NCBI GenBank assembly: GCA_049317145.1
Contig: JBMOIW010000002.1
Span: 2,121-66,120, forward strand
Source: Acidimicrobiia bacterium
Lineage (GTDB): Bacteria > Actinomycetota > Acidimicrobiia > IMCC26256 > JBMOIW01
Length of the DNA: 64,000 nt
Reading direction: 5' to 3'
The notes beneath the pieces are model-generated. The model worked only from the letters and a program-made list of their open reading frames with translations. It was not told the origin of the DNA and did no database searches. Positions 18,637 through 28,383 of this stretch are shown piece after piece; position 1 is the stretch's first letter; each line of letters opens with the position of its first letter. Both the position numbers and the translations under genes were made by a program.

Positions 18637-18670
18637 GGTTGAATGTAGCGGTCGGCGCGCGGATTCAACC
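18637..18670. promoter_or_regulatory. inverted repeat GGTTGAAT-N18-ATTCAACC in the divergent polyol-dehydrogenase / ribokinase intergenic region (candidate operator)
   Basis: Arms at 18637..18644 and 18663..18670 were read directly from the sequence. Located between start codons 18594(-) and 18725(+). Confidence 0.3.
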
Positions 18671-18724
18671 AGGGACAGAGCCACTCATGTCCCGCTAGCA
18701 TCCCCGAATCTCTGAGGAGGACCC

Positions 18725-19639
18725 ATGAGTACCGTGTACGTTGCTGGCGCTGCTGTGATGGATGTGATCGCACATGCGGATCATCATCCCCGCACGGCTG
18801 AGACCGTAATCGGCCGTGATCTGGGCTTTTTTCCCGGTGGCAAGGGATATAACCAAGCAATCGCGGCGGCCCGGATTGGTGCGTCGACGTGGTTCATGGG
18901 CGCGGTCGGCGCAGATGCATTCGGGCGCGACCTACGCGAGTACCTCGAAGCAGAGGGTATTAATACGACGGGTATTTACACTGCGAACAGTGCAAGCGGT
19001 GCTGCATTGATCAACGTCGACACCGAGGGCCAGGTCGCCGTCAACGTGGTCTACGGCGCGAACGAACTCGCAGACCCGGGAATCCTTCAAGGCTTCTCTC
19101 CGCGTGCCGGCGATGTCTTGATTTCACAACTCGAGATTCCGTACCCCACCGTCGAAGCGTTTTTCGAGCGCGGACGCAACGTTGGCGCTCGAACGATCTG
19201 CAACCTGGCGCCTGCGCGCGAAGCCAACGATCGCATTGTCGAGCTCTCCGACATCGTGGTTGTCAACGAAGTCGAACTGTCGTTTTTCTCGGGCGTTCCG
19301 ATCACGGACGACGCAAGTCGCGAAGATGTTGCGGCCGCGGCACTCAAGTTGCGTCGCTTTGACGAACAGTGGATCGTGGCGACGCTCGGACGTCGTGGCG
19401 CAGTCGCGGTCCATGCGGACGACATCTTCGAGATTCCAGGGGTTACGGTCGAAGTTCGAAACACCATCGGTGCTGGCGATTGTTTTGTGGGCTCGATGGG
19501 CGCCTGTTTGGCCCGCGGGAGCGGCGTCGTTGATGCAATCCAATATGCCAATGCCGCGGCAGCGATCAGCGTGCAGCGGGACGGTGCCGGACCGGCGATG
19601 CCCTTCGGAGACGAAGTCGACGCGTTTCTGACGCGGTAG
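18725..19639 (+). CDS. rbsK: ribokinase / PfkB-family sugar kinase
   Basis: 'FPGGKGYNQAIAAARIG' (the GG motif region) and C-terminal 'NTIGAGDCFVG'. GAGGAGG RBS upstream. Confidence 0.8.
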   Translation: MSTVYVAGAAVMDVIAHADHHPRTAETVIGRDLGFFPGGKGYNQAIAAARIGASTWFMGAVGADAFGRDLREYLEAEGINTTGIYTANSASGAALINVDTEGQVAVNVVYGANELADPGILQGFSPRAGDVLISQLEIPYPTVEAFFERGRNVGARTICNLAPAREANDRIVELSDIVVVNEVELSFFSGVPITDDASREDVAAAALKLRRFDEQWIVATLGRRGAVAVHADDIFEIPGVTVEVRNTIGAGDCFVGSMGACLARGSGVVDAIQYANAAAAISVQRDGAGPAMPFGDEVDAFLTR

Positions 19640-19719
19640 TGCACGGGGTCCACCAACGCCCCGAACCGGGTCCCGCGCCGCCTAACCTCCTCCCGGAAAC
19701 CCCAACGGAGGATTCACGC

Positions 19720-20385
19720 ATGTGGAGTGTGTTGCTACGGACACTTCCGTATGCAGCCGTAAACGCGGCGAGTCCAACTATTCCGATTGCGGCGTTTGCG
19801 TTCTTGACGATTCCCGGGCGGGGACGCCGCGCGTTGCTTTGGTACTTCCTTGGTTGCACCGTCGTCGTCGTTGCGGTGACGGTCAGCATCATGTTCCTCG
19901 TTGGGCCCGGCACGCTCCCCCGACACATTCGTGATCACATCCCTACGTGGGCCGATGGCGTATTGGGGTTGGGCCTTTTGATCAGCGGTCTCTATATATG
20001 GAAGCGCGGCCGCCGACCACGAACCAAGCCGTCGACGCCGCGCACCCATGTCAGTGCGGCTGCGATTGTTGGCGTGGGCGCGTACATGGAACTGATCAAC
20101 CTCGTGACGCCACCTGCGTACATCACGGGCATCGTCATCGTGAAAACCCGCGACCTTTCCCCCGTTGCGTCCGCCATCGTGGTATGTGTGGACGCACTTA
20201 TCGTTCTCCTCCCCGTAGCGGTGCTCGCATTGCTCGCGGTTGGTTGGCCGCAGCGGGTCGAGGTCATCACCAACCGGGTCCGGGTGCTGGCCGAGCGGTA
20301 TGGGCACGAATGCTTGGTCGCATTGCTCGTAGGTTCGGGCCTGTACTTTCTCGGACGCTGGGGGTGGGATCTTGCCCTGTGGTAG
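19720..20385 (+). CDS. integral membrane protein (GAP/Sap-like family), tandem copy 1
   Basis: Trimmed to ATG 19720. About 6 hydrophobic segments. Its N-terminal segment 'AAVNAASPTIPIAAFAFL' parallels 'AIGGAVSPMVMATCILVL' in the neighbour. Confidence 0.55.
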   Translation: MWSVLLRTLPYAAVNAASPTIPIAAFAFLTIPGRGRRALLWYFLGCTVVVVAVTVSIMFLVGPGTLPRHIRDHIPTWADGVLGLGLLISGLYIWKRGRRPRTKPSTPRTHVSAAAIVGVGAYMELINLVTPPAYITGIVIVKTRDLSPVASAIVVCVDALIVLLPVAVLALLAVGWPQRVEVITNRVRVLAERYGHECLVALLVGSGLYFLGRWGWDLALW

Positions 20386-20433
20386 CTGGGTGGTTGCCAG
20401 TGGTTGCGCAGCGCGGTCCAAAGGAGCGCATTG

Positions 20434-21108
20434 ATGGGAAATGCACTACTCGAGATGTTGCCGCTCGCAATTGGAGGGGCAGTCAGCCCCATGGTGATGG
20501 CAACATGCATTTTGGTGCTCGCCGCTCCACAGCACGGCCGGCGCAACGGGATTGCGTTCGTCGCAGGGACACTGACGTTTTCCGTATCGTTCTGCATCGC
20601 CGTGTTGCTTCTGATGCAACACATTGGGCCGGTGCATCGAACCCAAACCGAGGTTCGCTCCGGCGCAATGGTTGACCTTGGCATCGGCGTGCTCCTGGCA
20701 CTGTGGGCGACGGTGCGCGTTCTGCGCGGTCCGAAGCCCGTGAAGGAATCGCGGACCAACCAAGCAAAGCGGTCGCTCGGCGTGGTCGGCGCATGGGTAC
20801 TTGGTATTGCGTTGATGGCCGTCAACTTTTCGACGTTGCCGCTCTACGCGCTCGCGTTACGTCAGATCGATCACGCGCGTCTTGCCGGGGCACAGATGAC
20901 GGTGCTGGTTGCGCTGCTGACGTTGATTGTGTTGGTGCCAGCATGGCTGCCGGTTGCAATCACAATCATCGCTCCGCGAAATTCCCAACGCGCACTCGCA
21001 TCGCTCAACACATTCTTTGCGCGGCATAGCTACATCGTGGTGACGGTCATTCTCGCAGTGTTCGGCGCGTTCCTGATCGTGCGAGCCGGCCCGAAGCTCT
21101 GGCCGTAG
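20434..21108 (+). CDS. integral membrane protein (GAP/Sap-like family), tandem copy 2
   Basis: Trimmed to ATG 20434 ('MGNALLEMLPLAIGGAVSPMV'). About 6 hydrophobic segments. Confidence 0.55.
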   Translation: MGNALLEMLPLAIGGAVSPMVMATCILVLAAPQHGRRNGIAFVAGTLTFSVSFCIAVLLLMQHIGPVHRTQTEVRSGAMVDLGIGVLLALWATVRVLRGPKPVKESRTNQAKRSLGVVGAWVLGIALMAVNFSTLPLYALALRQIDHARLAGAQMTVLVALLTLIVLVPAWLPVAITIIAPRNSQRALASLNTFFARHSYIVVTVILAVFGAFLIVRAGPKLWP

Positions 21109-21594
21109 TTAGCCGATTGCGGCTTCGATGGCGGTGCGCACCTCTGGCGCGTCCGGTGCAGTTTGCGGGGCAAACCGGGCCACGATGCTGCCGTCGCGAC
21201 CGATCACGAACTTTTCGAAGTTCCAACGAATGTCGCCGGTGTACCCCTCGGCGTCTGGCGTCGCAGTGAGTTCTCCGTAGAGCGCATTGCGTGCGTCACC
21301 GTTGACCTCGATTTTCTCGGAGAGCGGAAATGTCACGCCGTAGGTAGTGGAACAAAACGCTTGGATCTCTTCGGGAGTGCCGGGTTCTTGCTCGAGAAAC
21401 TGATTGCACGGGAACCCGATGACGGTGAACCCCTGATCGGCGTACTCTCGCTGTAGGGCCTCAAGCGCGCCGTATTGAGGAGTAAGACCACACTTCGAAG
21501 CGACGTTCACGAACAGCGCAGCCTTGCCGCGAGCGTGGGCGAGGACATCGTTGCTGCCGTCAAGGGCGTTGAGGGAAAAGTCTGTCGTGGCCAT
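21109..21594 (-). CDS. glutathione peroxidase
   Basis: Track ORF extends to 21843 and is trimmed to ATG 21594 (161 aa). 'VNVASKCGLTPQY' and 'IGFPCNQFLEQEPG' are the GPx signatures, with a Cys active site. Confidence 0.9.
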   Translation of the reverse strand: MATTDFSLNALDGSNDVLAHARGKAALFVNVASKCGLTPQYGALEALQREYADQGFTVIGFPCNQFLEQEPGTPEEIQAFCSTTYGVTFPLSEKIEVNGDARNALYGELTATPDAEGYTGDIRWNFEKFVIGRDGSIVARFAPQTAPDAPEVRTAIEAAIG

Positions 21595-21672
21595 GGTGCG
21601 CTCCGTGTTCTGCGGGTCGAGAAGGAATCGCCGATAGCATCGCACGCTGTGACTGCCGTTGAGACCGAATCG

Positions 21673-22704
21673 GTGAGCCGCGGGGTGGATTTTCGTCGCA
21701 CCCTCATTCCGGCCGTGGTCTCTCGACTCGTGTGCGCAATATTTATCCTCGGAACGGCCTCGTGGGGGAAGTCGTGGACCTGGTTTGGGTTCTCGAAGTG
21801 GGATGGCGATTGGTACACACGAATCGCTCAGCTCGGATACCACGCTCCGCCGGTCGAAGGTGGACAGACTCCGTGGCCGTTTTTTCCGCTATTCCCGATG
21901 ATCTTGCGGGCGTTCTACGTCGTGGGGATCAATGAGCGCCTGACCGGGGTGCTGCTTTCGAACGTGTTGTTCTGGGTGGCGCTGGCCGGGGTGCATCGCA
22001 TTGCGCGCAAGCATGTGAGCGCAAGTGCGACGACGTATGCCGTATGGGCGTTGGCGTTGTTTCCATCGTCGTTCGTATTTTCGATGCTCTACCCCTCATC
22101 GTTGTTTCTTGCTGCTTCGGTATGGGCGTTCGTTTGGATTGAGGAACGGCGTGATTTCCCTGCGGGAATCGCAGTCCTTGCTGCTGCAATGGTGCGACCC
22201 AACGGCGCCGTCGTCGCAGTTGCAGCCGTCGTTGCGTTGTGGCGCACACCGCGTCGGGTTGCGATCGTGATTGGACCAGCAGTGGCAGTTGTGGTGCTGT
22301 GGATGGCGTACTGCTGGCAGCAGACCGGCGACCCAATTATTTTTCTCACGGCAAAGTCCGGGTGGGCCGAAGTCAGCATCGTCGATGCGCTCACCGGTGG
22401 CATGAAGTGGGCCGCGCTGCCACACCTGGTTATGGCGATCGCGGCGATGGGTGTCGTGGCCTGGAAACGTCGACGCCTGCCGCTGAGTTGGAGTGTGCTG
22501 ACCGTCCTGCAACTCGTCCCAAGCCTCGTGCTCGGCATGGTCGGTTTGGCGCGCTACGCCAACGAGTGTTTCCCGCCGTTTGTTGCCGCCGGTGAAGTGT
22601 TGGCGGAAGTGCGGCGCCCATTGCGGATTGCTGCCTTTGTGCTCGCCGTGGTTGGGTTGTTTCTCTTTACGTTGGCTGTGATTCGCTATTCGCTGGTTCC
22701 CTAG
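21673..22704 (+). CDS. membrane glycosyltransferase, PIG-V/mannosyltransferase-like
   Basis: 'WDGDWYTRIAQLGY' followed by many TM segments. The start (GTG 21673 or 21685) was chosen to clear the divergent gpx gene. Confidence 0.6.
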   Translation: MSRGVDFRRTLIPAVVSRLVCAIFILGTASWGKSWTWFGFSKWDGDWYTRIAQLGYHAPPVEGGQTPWPFFPLFPMILRAFYVVGINERLTGVLLSNVLFWVALAGVHRIARKHVSASATTYAVWALALFPSSFVFSMLYPSSLFLAASVWAFVWIEERRDFPAGIAVLAAAMVRPNGAVVAVAAVVALWRTPRRVAIVIGPAVAVVVLWMAYCWQQTGDPIIFLTAKSGWAEVSIVDALTGGMKWAALPHLVMAIAAMGVVAWKRRRLPLSWSVLTVLQLVPSLVLGMVGLARYANECFPPFVAAGEVLAEVRRPLRIAAFVLAVVGLFLFTLAVIRYSLVP

Positions 22705-22725
22705 CGCTGGAAGCTTGTTGTCGCG

Positions 22726-23937
22726 ATGAAAACGCCTTTACCGATGAAGCCACCCGTGCCAGCAGGCGCCGACGTTCACGCCCACACGCAGACAGTGGGA
22801 TGGCTCGAACTCTTCTTTGATCTTGTCGTTGTCGCCGCGGTAGTCGCTTTTTCGGATGCAATTTCCTCGCATCCGACCGTAGAAAACTTGTTTTGGGTTG
22901 CCGCAGCATTTGTTGGCGTGTGGCTGGTCTGGTTCGGGACGGTGTTCTGTTTCAACCAGGATCGACGTGAGGAAGCATGGGACCGGGCCATCGTTGTTGC
23001 AGCGATGGTTGCACTATCGGTTGGCGCAATCGCAGTCGGTGAAGGTCCCAGTGAGCGCCGCTACCTCGTGGGCACCGCATATGTCGTCATGCTGGTAGCG
23101 CTTGCCATGTTGAACTTGCGGGCGAGCACCGTGAATTCTCAACACCGGCAATTCATTCTGGAGCGCGCAGTGTTGTGCGGGTTGGCAGCAGTAATGATTG
23201 GCGGTTCGATGGTCTTCCCGCCGCCCTGGCACATCGCCGGTTGGTGGAGCGCCATTGCTCTGGTGGGCCTCTTGTGGTTTGCGCACGCATGGCGTAGCCG
23301 CTCGGAAATTCCGCCAGTCGACACGGTGCACCTGGCGGAGCGTATGGGGCTCCTTACGATCATTGTGTTGGGTGAAGCATTTGTGAAGCTGGCAATTGTG
23401 GCGTCCGGCGAAGCGATCGACTTCCTCGACGTCTCCGTAGTAGTGGCGATGTTCCTGAGCGTGTTCGGTGTCTTTTGGGTGTACTTCGACGACGTGCCAC
23501 GTGCAGGAATTGCCGAGTCGCCGCTTCGACGATTCTTCTATTTCACGGGGCACGTGGTGATGCAAGCCGCATGCGTTGGCCTTGCCATCGGCATGGCAGG
23601 ATTGATCGTGAGCCCGCACGGCGTCCTTAGCATCAAAGTTGCAACGCTTAGCGCTGGCTCGCTCGCCACGATCTATCTCGGGTGTGCGCTCATCGGTCCG
23701 GGCACGCGACGCGTGGGGGTAGCGCGCCTGACCATCTTGCGCATCGCAACTGCAGGACTGCTGCTCGCGACGATTCCTGTGTTGCTCACCGTGGAGTGGG
23801 TTGGTCCGGTATCCACTGCGTTTGCTCTTGCGGTGGTCGTGTTGGTGCACGGTGCACTCGCGCAGCGCCTACGCGACAACACAAGTACTCCACCTGGTTT
23901 CGCGAACGCGTCTGCCGAGCTTTCGAGTGAGCTGTAG
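22726..23937 (+). CDS. low-temperature-requirement protein A (LtrA) family membrane protein
   Basis: 'WLELFFDLVVVAAVVAFSD' is the LtrA N-terminal hallmark. About 10 TM segments. Confidence 0.75.
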   Translation: MKTPLPMKPPVPAGADVHAHTQTVGWLELFFDLVVVAAVVAFSDAISSHPTVENLFWVAAAFVGVWLVWFGTVFCFNQDRREEAWDRAIVVAAMVALSVGAIAVGEGPSERRYLVGTAYVVMLVALAMLNLRASTVNSQHRQFILERAVLCGLAAVMIGGSMVFPPPWHIAGWWSAIALVGLLWFAHAWRSRSEIPPVDTVHLAERMGLLTIIVLGEAFVKLAIVASGEAIDFLDVSVVVAMFLSVFGVFWVYFDDVPRAGIAESPLRRFFYFTGHVVMQAACVGLAIGMAGLIVSPHGVLSIKVATLSAGSLATIYLGCALIGPGTRRVGVARLTILRIATAGLLLATIPVLLTVEWVGPVSTAFALAVVVLVHGALAQRLRDNTSTPPGFANASAELSSEL

Positions 23938-24705
23938 TTACGCCGTTGCCCAGGCAGTAGGTCCGCAGTTCTGGACGCCTTTGCCCCCAGTCGGGACGAG
24001 CGCCGGGAGCGCCAGGGCGGTGAGGGCGGACGGGTCTAACTGGCAGTTTTGGTAGACGAAGGTGGGCGCTGCTCCACCCGCCGTTGGGAGCCCCACCAAA
24101 TTCACTTGTACCCCAGTGATGGAAAAGAGTGCTTTCGCGATTCCCGAAGGTGTGCTGAACGTAACCACTACATAGTTTCCGGCGCACTGCGCGCTTCGTG
24201 CAGTGATCCCTTGCGTTGCCCGCTGAACAGTGAATTGACTCAGCATCTTCTGCAAGAGCGGTGTTGGGCTGCAGCTCGTCGGGTTGTTGTTCGCTGGTCC
24301 GGCGTTTGTTGGGCTCGGGGATGCTGTGGTGCGTGTGACGCGTGTCGCACCAACGCTTTGTCCATTGATGTCGGTACCATCAATTGCGATTCGGTGAGCT
24401 GTGCCATCGCAAGGCAGTTCTACGACGATGGTTCCGCTCTCGCCAATGTCCTGCGCCACGTGGATGGAGTCAACAAAGATTCCGAGGCTCCGCACGTCGC
24501 GAGTTGTCCAGGTCACCTCTACTCGACCTTGGGTGCAATCTGCGACGGCGGGAACAGCGAAGCGCGTGACGCCTGGTCCCGAGTCAACAGCGATTGGTGT
24601 GGTCGTCGTTGTCGATGTTTTCGACGTTGACTTGTTCCCAGAACACCCGGCGAGAAGAAGCAGTAAGGCTCCGCTCATCATAAGGATTTTGGACTGTGTT
24701 TGCAT
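23938..24705 (-). CDS. lipoprotein, unknown function
   Basis: Lipobox 'LLLLAGCSG', a poly-Thr linker, and two Cys-containing globular halves. The stop abuts the ltrA stop. Confidence 0.7.
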   Translation of the reverse strand: MQTQSKILMMSGALLLLLAGCSGNKSTSKTSTTTTTPIAVDSGPGVTRFAVPAVADCTQGRVEVTWTTRDVRSLGIFVDSIHVAQDIGESGTIVVELPCDGTAHRIAIDGTDINGQSVGATRVTRTTASPSPTNAGPANNNPTSCSPTPLLQKMLSQFTVQRATQGITARSAQCAGNYVVVTFSTPSGIAKALFSITGVQVNLVGLPTAGGAAPTFVYQNCQLDPSALTALALPALVPTGGKGVQNCGPTAWATA

Positions 24706-24770
24706 CGCGGCCCCCGAAATGACGACGAGCGGAGGCTATCCGGATCGGGCGTCGCGCGGTATGCAAGCCG

Positions 24771-25796
24771 ATGGAGGGGCACTACCATTCTTTCGTGCGT
24801 TCGCCGATTGTCCTCACCCTCGGACTCTTGTTCGTCTTTGCGGGTGCATGCTCCGTAGAGCATGCGACGGATACCAAAAGGCCCATGCCGACGTCGCTCC
24901 AATCTGACGAACCGACGTCGCCCCCGCCGGAACCACCAACCCAATCAGTCGTTACCAACAATTCCCCCGTCACGGTCGAAGCGCTTCCGACAGAAGCAGA
25001 CTCGCGTGAACGACTCCTGAGACTCCGAACGACGACGGGTGGTGAATCGCGTACCTGGCTCATTGCCCAACAGCAAGAATCCGAACCACCAGGAGGACCT
25101 CGGCCGTTCTTGATCGTCCTTCACGGTGTCGGAGGGAACGGTCCGGCGATGAGAACCTTGGGTTTCGAGGAGTTGGCTGGCTCGACAGTGATTGCGTATC
25201 CCGACGCGGTGGACGGGAGCTGGAACGATGAACGAACCGGTGTTGACTCACGAGCGCATCGAGAACACGTCGACGACGTGCGCTTCATTGGTCAGATTGT
25301 GGAGGATGCAAAAACCCGCTTTGGGATTGATCCGCTGCGCGTCTTCATCGTTGGGGTATCAAACGGCGGAATCATGGCGGCATACATTGGCTGTTCGTCC
25401 TCGGTAGTGATCCGAGCAATTGCCCTCGTCAACGCGATGGCCCCAGCAAATCTTCCGCAAACGTGTCGCGCCCAGCCGCCCATTGCAACGTTGATTGTTC
25501 ACGGGTCGCAGGACAAAACCGTTCCCGCTGCAGGAGGGCCTGTGGCGGCAAACGCCGGCCGCGCGCGAGGCTCGGTGATGTCGTTGACGGACTACTTTGC
25601 TCTCCTGCTCGCACGGTCCGGATGCTCGGGAAAAGATGTAACCACCACGGCGCGGGTGCAGCGGTGGAGCGGACGTGAGTGTGTGCATGGGCCCGAACCC
25701 GTCGCCAATGTTGTGTTCGATGGTGCGCATTCGTGGTTTGTGCCACCGATGTTTCCCACCACCGCAACTGTCTGGTTCTTTCTCACAGCGCAATAG
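24771..25796 (+). CDS. secreted alpha/beta hydrolase, PHB-depolymerase/LpqC-type esterase
   Basis: Lipobox-like 'FVFAGAC'. 'LIVLHGVGGNG' and the nucleophile elbow 'GVSNGG' are as in COG3509-type esterases. Confidence 0.7.
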   Translation: MEGHYHSFVRSPIVLTLGLLFVFAGACSVEHATDTKRPMPTSLQSDEPTSPPPEPPTQSVVTNNSPVTVEALPTEADSRERLLRLRTTTGGESRTWLIAQQQESEPPGGPRPFLIVLHGVGGNGPAMRTLGFEELAGSTVIAYPDAVDGSWNDERTGVDSRAHREHVDDVRFIGQIVEDAKTRFGIDPLRVFIVGVSNGGIMAAYIGCSSSVVIRAIALVNAMAPANLPQTCRAQPPIATLIVHGSQDKTVPAAGGPVAANAGRARGSVMSLTDYFALLLARSGCSGKDVTTTARVQRWSGRECVHGPEPVANVVFDGAHSWFVPPMFPTTATVWFFLTAQ

Positions 25797-25862
25797 GGTT
25801 CGACGTCTGTCCGTAACCCAACACGGTGCCCGCTCATAGCTCCGCGCAACAGCGTGGGCCCG

Positions 25863-28265
25863 TTACCGCGTGATTTGTGCGCTCTCGGTGTAGATCTTGG
25901 AGAACATCGTTGTGAGTTCGTTATAGATGGCGTCGTCATTTGTGAATGCATCCGTCGTGTTTACGACGATCACTAAATCTGAAGCGGGAGCATATTGAAT
26001 AAAGGTGTACGCAGTGTTAAATCCGTATGCTTTGACCTGCACCTTCCCGTCAGAATCCGTGGTACACGGACAGAACACGTTGAGTCCTGGCCCGATCCCG
26101 GTCGTGGTGTTGGCCCCGAGCATTGCGGCCATTGAAGAGTTCTTCAAAACGGACTGATCGCGGATGAGGGCGTTGGTCCAGACCATGAGGTCATGGACAG
26201 TCGAGATCAAACCGCCAGTGGAAAAATGCGGTGCTCCAGCACTCGGAGGGGTGGGGACAGTCGAAGTCAGACTGAGCGGAGTGAGGAGTTCGCCTCGCAA
26301 CATGGATTCGAATGAGCGGCCGTAGACCTGCTCCAAGAGAAACCCAAGCACTAAGTAGTTCGAGCTCGAGTACTCCTGTCGCGTGCCGGGGGCAAAAGCC
26401 AGTGGTTCCGCTTGGGCCGCGAGGAGGGCCGCAGCCGGAGAAGCAATGCTTGCCGGGTTTTCGCGATATTGGCGAGTGTCCCGATATGCACGCAATCCTG
26501 TGCCGTGCTGCAACAGTTCACGAACGGTGAACTGGGTGGCGTACGTGAACTGAGGAACCGCTTGAAGCGGTGGCAGGGGCGCATCGAGGCTCAAACGATC
26601 CTCCTCAATCGCTTTGTAGACGAGGGCCGCGGTAAATGTTTTTGTGACGCTCGATATTGCAAACGTGTCATCGGATCGGAGCGGTTGGGTGCCGTCCACT
26701 GTTCCACTTGCGAAAGTCCATGACCATGCGCCGGGACGCATAACACCGATCTGAAGGCCCTGCATCTTCGCGGATGTCAAAAATTCGGTTATTGCACTTT
26801 TCAACCCGGCAGCCTTGAGCTCGTCAAGCGCCGGTGCGAGTTGATTTTCGTTGTGCTCAGCGGTGGCAGTATCTCGGCGCGATGTAATTGGTGCGATTGT
26901 CTGGAGCGCGCCAGAAGTGTTTGCGCTGTTATCGGACTTGCCGTTCGTGCTAGAGATCACGAGCGGCTTTGGCGCTTGAGAAGGCACGCGGGGAGCGGCA
27001 GCGGCGCGTTCGGGCACATTCTGGTAATTGAGGATGCTGACTATTAGGCACACGATGCCTGTAGTGACCGCAACACGCACTGCGAGTGGAGTACGAGTTG
27101 CTTGTGCGGTGCGCCATTTGTGGCGCGACGTGTCCGCAGCGGAGGGAGGTGAGAAGCGGCGCGCCAGTGGCCACACGCGCGGCCGACGTCCTCCGGCGCG
27201 ATCTTCAATCCAGCCAAACAGTGCGACAAACACCAGCGTGCACAGTGTCACCACGAAGAGCACTGCCGGCAGCTCGAGTTCCGTGGGCACTCGCAGCGGG
27301 CGAATAAGTGCCCATGCACATACAACTCCAGCAGAATGCCACAAGTAAATCGTCAGGGTACGTTGGGTTATCCAGCCGATGACAGGCGTGATGACGCGCA
27401 GCTTGGAAAAGGCGACTACCCACGGTGCTCCGGCGAATGCCAGCGCGAGCCAGGCGAAACCGATGAAGAGGTGCGCCGGATGCGAGTTGTTTACAACGCC
27501 GTCCGGCACCGGCTGCGTGAAACACCAGACCGCTCCGGCAATCCCGGAAATACCAGCGAGTCCGAACCACTGCTTGCGGGTGATCCGGTCGAGTCCGCGT
27601 TGACGGTGCACGAATCCGAGAAGGAAAAACACCGAGTAGAGGGCAAGGTCCCCGACGATCCAGGGCAGCTCCGGAACCGAACGAAATACGGAAACGAAAG
27701 CGGTCCAACGACCAAGGAAGTCGAGCGCGAACACCAACGTCAGCGCCGTGCCGAAGGTTGCGACTTTCGAACGGCGGAGCGCTTTCATGAGCAGCGGGCT
27801 CAACAGCAGTAACCACAAGAGCGTGCGGAGGTACCACAGCGGAGCGGAAAGGTATCCACCCTCCCAAGTCGAACCTTTCGGATCGCTGAGGGGCACGAGC
27901 CAAACGATGATCCGATGCCAAGGAACACGAGTGTCGGGTGTGTCGAGGGCAATCGCTGCGACGATCATCACGCCGTAAGCGCCGGCGGTAAATGCCCAGA
28001 GGGGAATGAGCAATCGTTTGGCTCGGTCCAACAGCACCCTGCGCGCAGCTTGATTTGCGAGCGATTTGGCCAGCAAGCTCCCCGTGACAAAAAACATTGC
28101 CGGAACCGCAGAAAAGAAGTACGTGATCACCGCAGCGCCGAAGGTGTGCCAGAGAACAACGCGAATGATTGCAATTGCTCGGATGGCGTCGAGGAATTGC
28201 TCGCGCGACGCGGCAGAGCTGACCTTCGGCGGGCAGTAGAGGCGGCGGGGACGCACATGGAGCAC
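25863..28265 (-). CDS. fusion protein: acyltransferase-3 (AT3) membrane domain + C-terminal beta-lactamase/PBP-like serine hydrolase
   Basis: The N-terminal half has about 10 TM segments and 'FLDAIRAIAIIRVVLWH' (AT3 start). The C-terminal half has SxxK ('SSVTKTF') and 'YSSSNY'. The first canonical start after the upstream gene is GTG 28265, so the start is uncertain. The 3' part is visibly more A/T-rich than its surroundings. Confidence 0.7.
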   Translation of the reverse strand: MLHVRPRRLYCPPKVSSAASREQFLDAIRAIAIIRVVLWHTFGAAVITYFFSAVPAMFFVTGSLLAKSLANQAARRVLLDRAKRLLIPLWAFTAGAYGVMIVAAIALDTPDTRVPWHRIIVWLVPLSDPKGSTWEGGYLSAPLWYLRTLLWLLLLSPLLMKALRRSKVATFGTALTLVFALDFLGRWTAFVSVFRSVPELPWIVGDLALYSVFFLLGFVHRQRGLDRITRKQWFGLAGISGIAGAVWCFTQPVPDGVVNNSHPAHLFIGFAWLALAFAGAPWVVAFSKLRVITPVIGWITQRTLTIYLWHSAGVVCAWALIRPLRVPTELELPAVLFVVTLCTLVFVALFGWIEDRAGGRRPRVWPLARRFSPPSAADTSRHKWRTAQATRTPLAVRVAVTTGIVCLIVSILNYQNVPERAAAAPRVPSQAPKPLVISSTNGKSDNSANTSGALQTIAPITSRRDTATAEHNENQLAPALDELKAAGLKSAITEFLTSAKMQGLQIGVMRPGAWSWTFASGTVDGTQPLRSDDTFAISSVTKTFTAALVYKAIEEDRLSLDAPLPPLQAVPQFTYATQFTVRELLQHGTGLRAYRDTRQYRENPASIASPAAALLAAQAEPLAFAPGTRQEYSSSNYLVLGFLLEQVYGRSFESMLRGELLTPLSLTSTVPTPPSAGAPHFSTGGLISTVHDLMVWTNALIRDQSVLKNSSMAAMLGANTTTGIGPGLNVFCPCTTDSDGKVQVKAYGFNTAYTFIQYAPASDLVIVVNTTDAFTNDDAIYNELTTMFSKIYTESAQITR

Positions 28266-28383
28266 GCAAGAGGGGTCGGCCGCTTCATCGTTTGGCGCGT
28301 GCCGGAGCCGAGCTGAATTTCGCGTAATGACCGCTGATGCGCACGATGCGCAAGCAGGACTGCGGTGTTGTACCTCAGGTGCC

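Noticed and set aside
21595-21843. Long 5' extensions offered by the track for gpx (to 21843), gmd (to 41850), FrhB-like (to 45680), DUF58 (to 63710), the methyltransferase (from 7123), copZ (45951..47291) and the second mannitol dehydrogenase (to 18684).
   Set aside because: The family-typical N-termini begin at internal ATG or GTG codons. The extensions are Arg/Pro-rich, overlap neighbouring real genes or divergent promoters, and add no recognisable domain.
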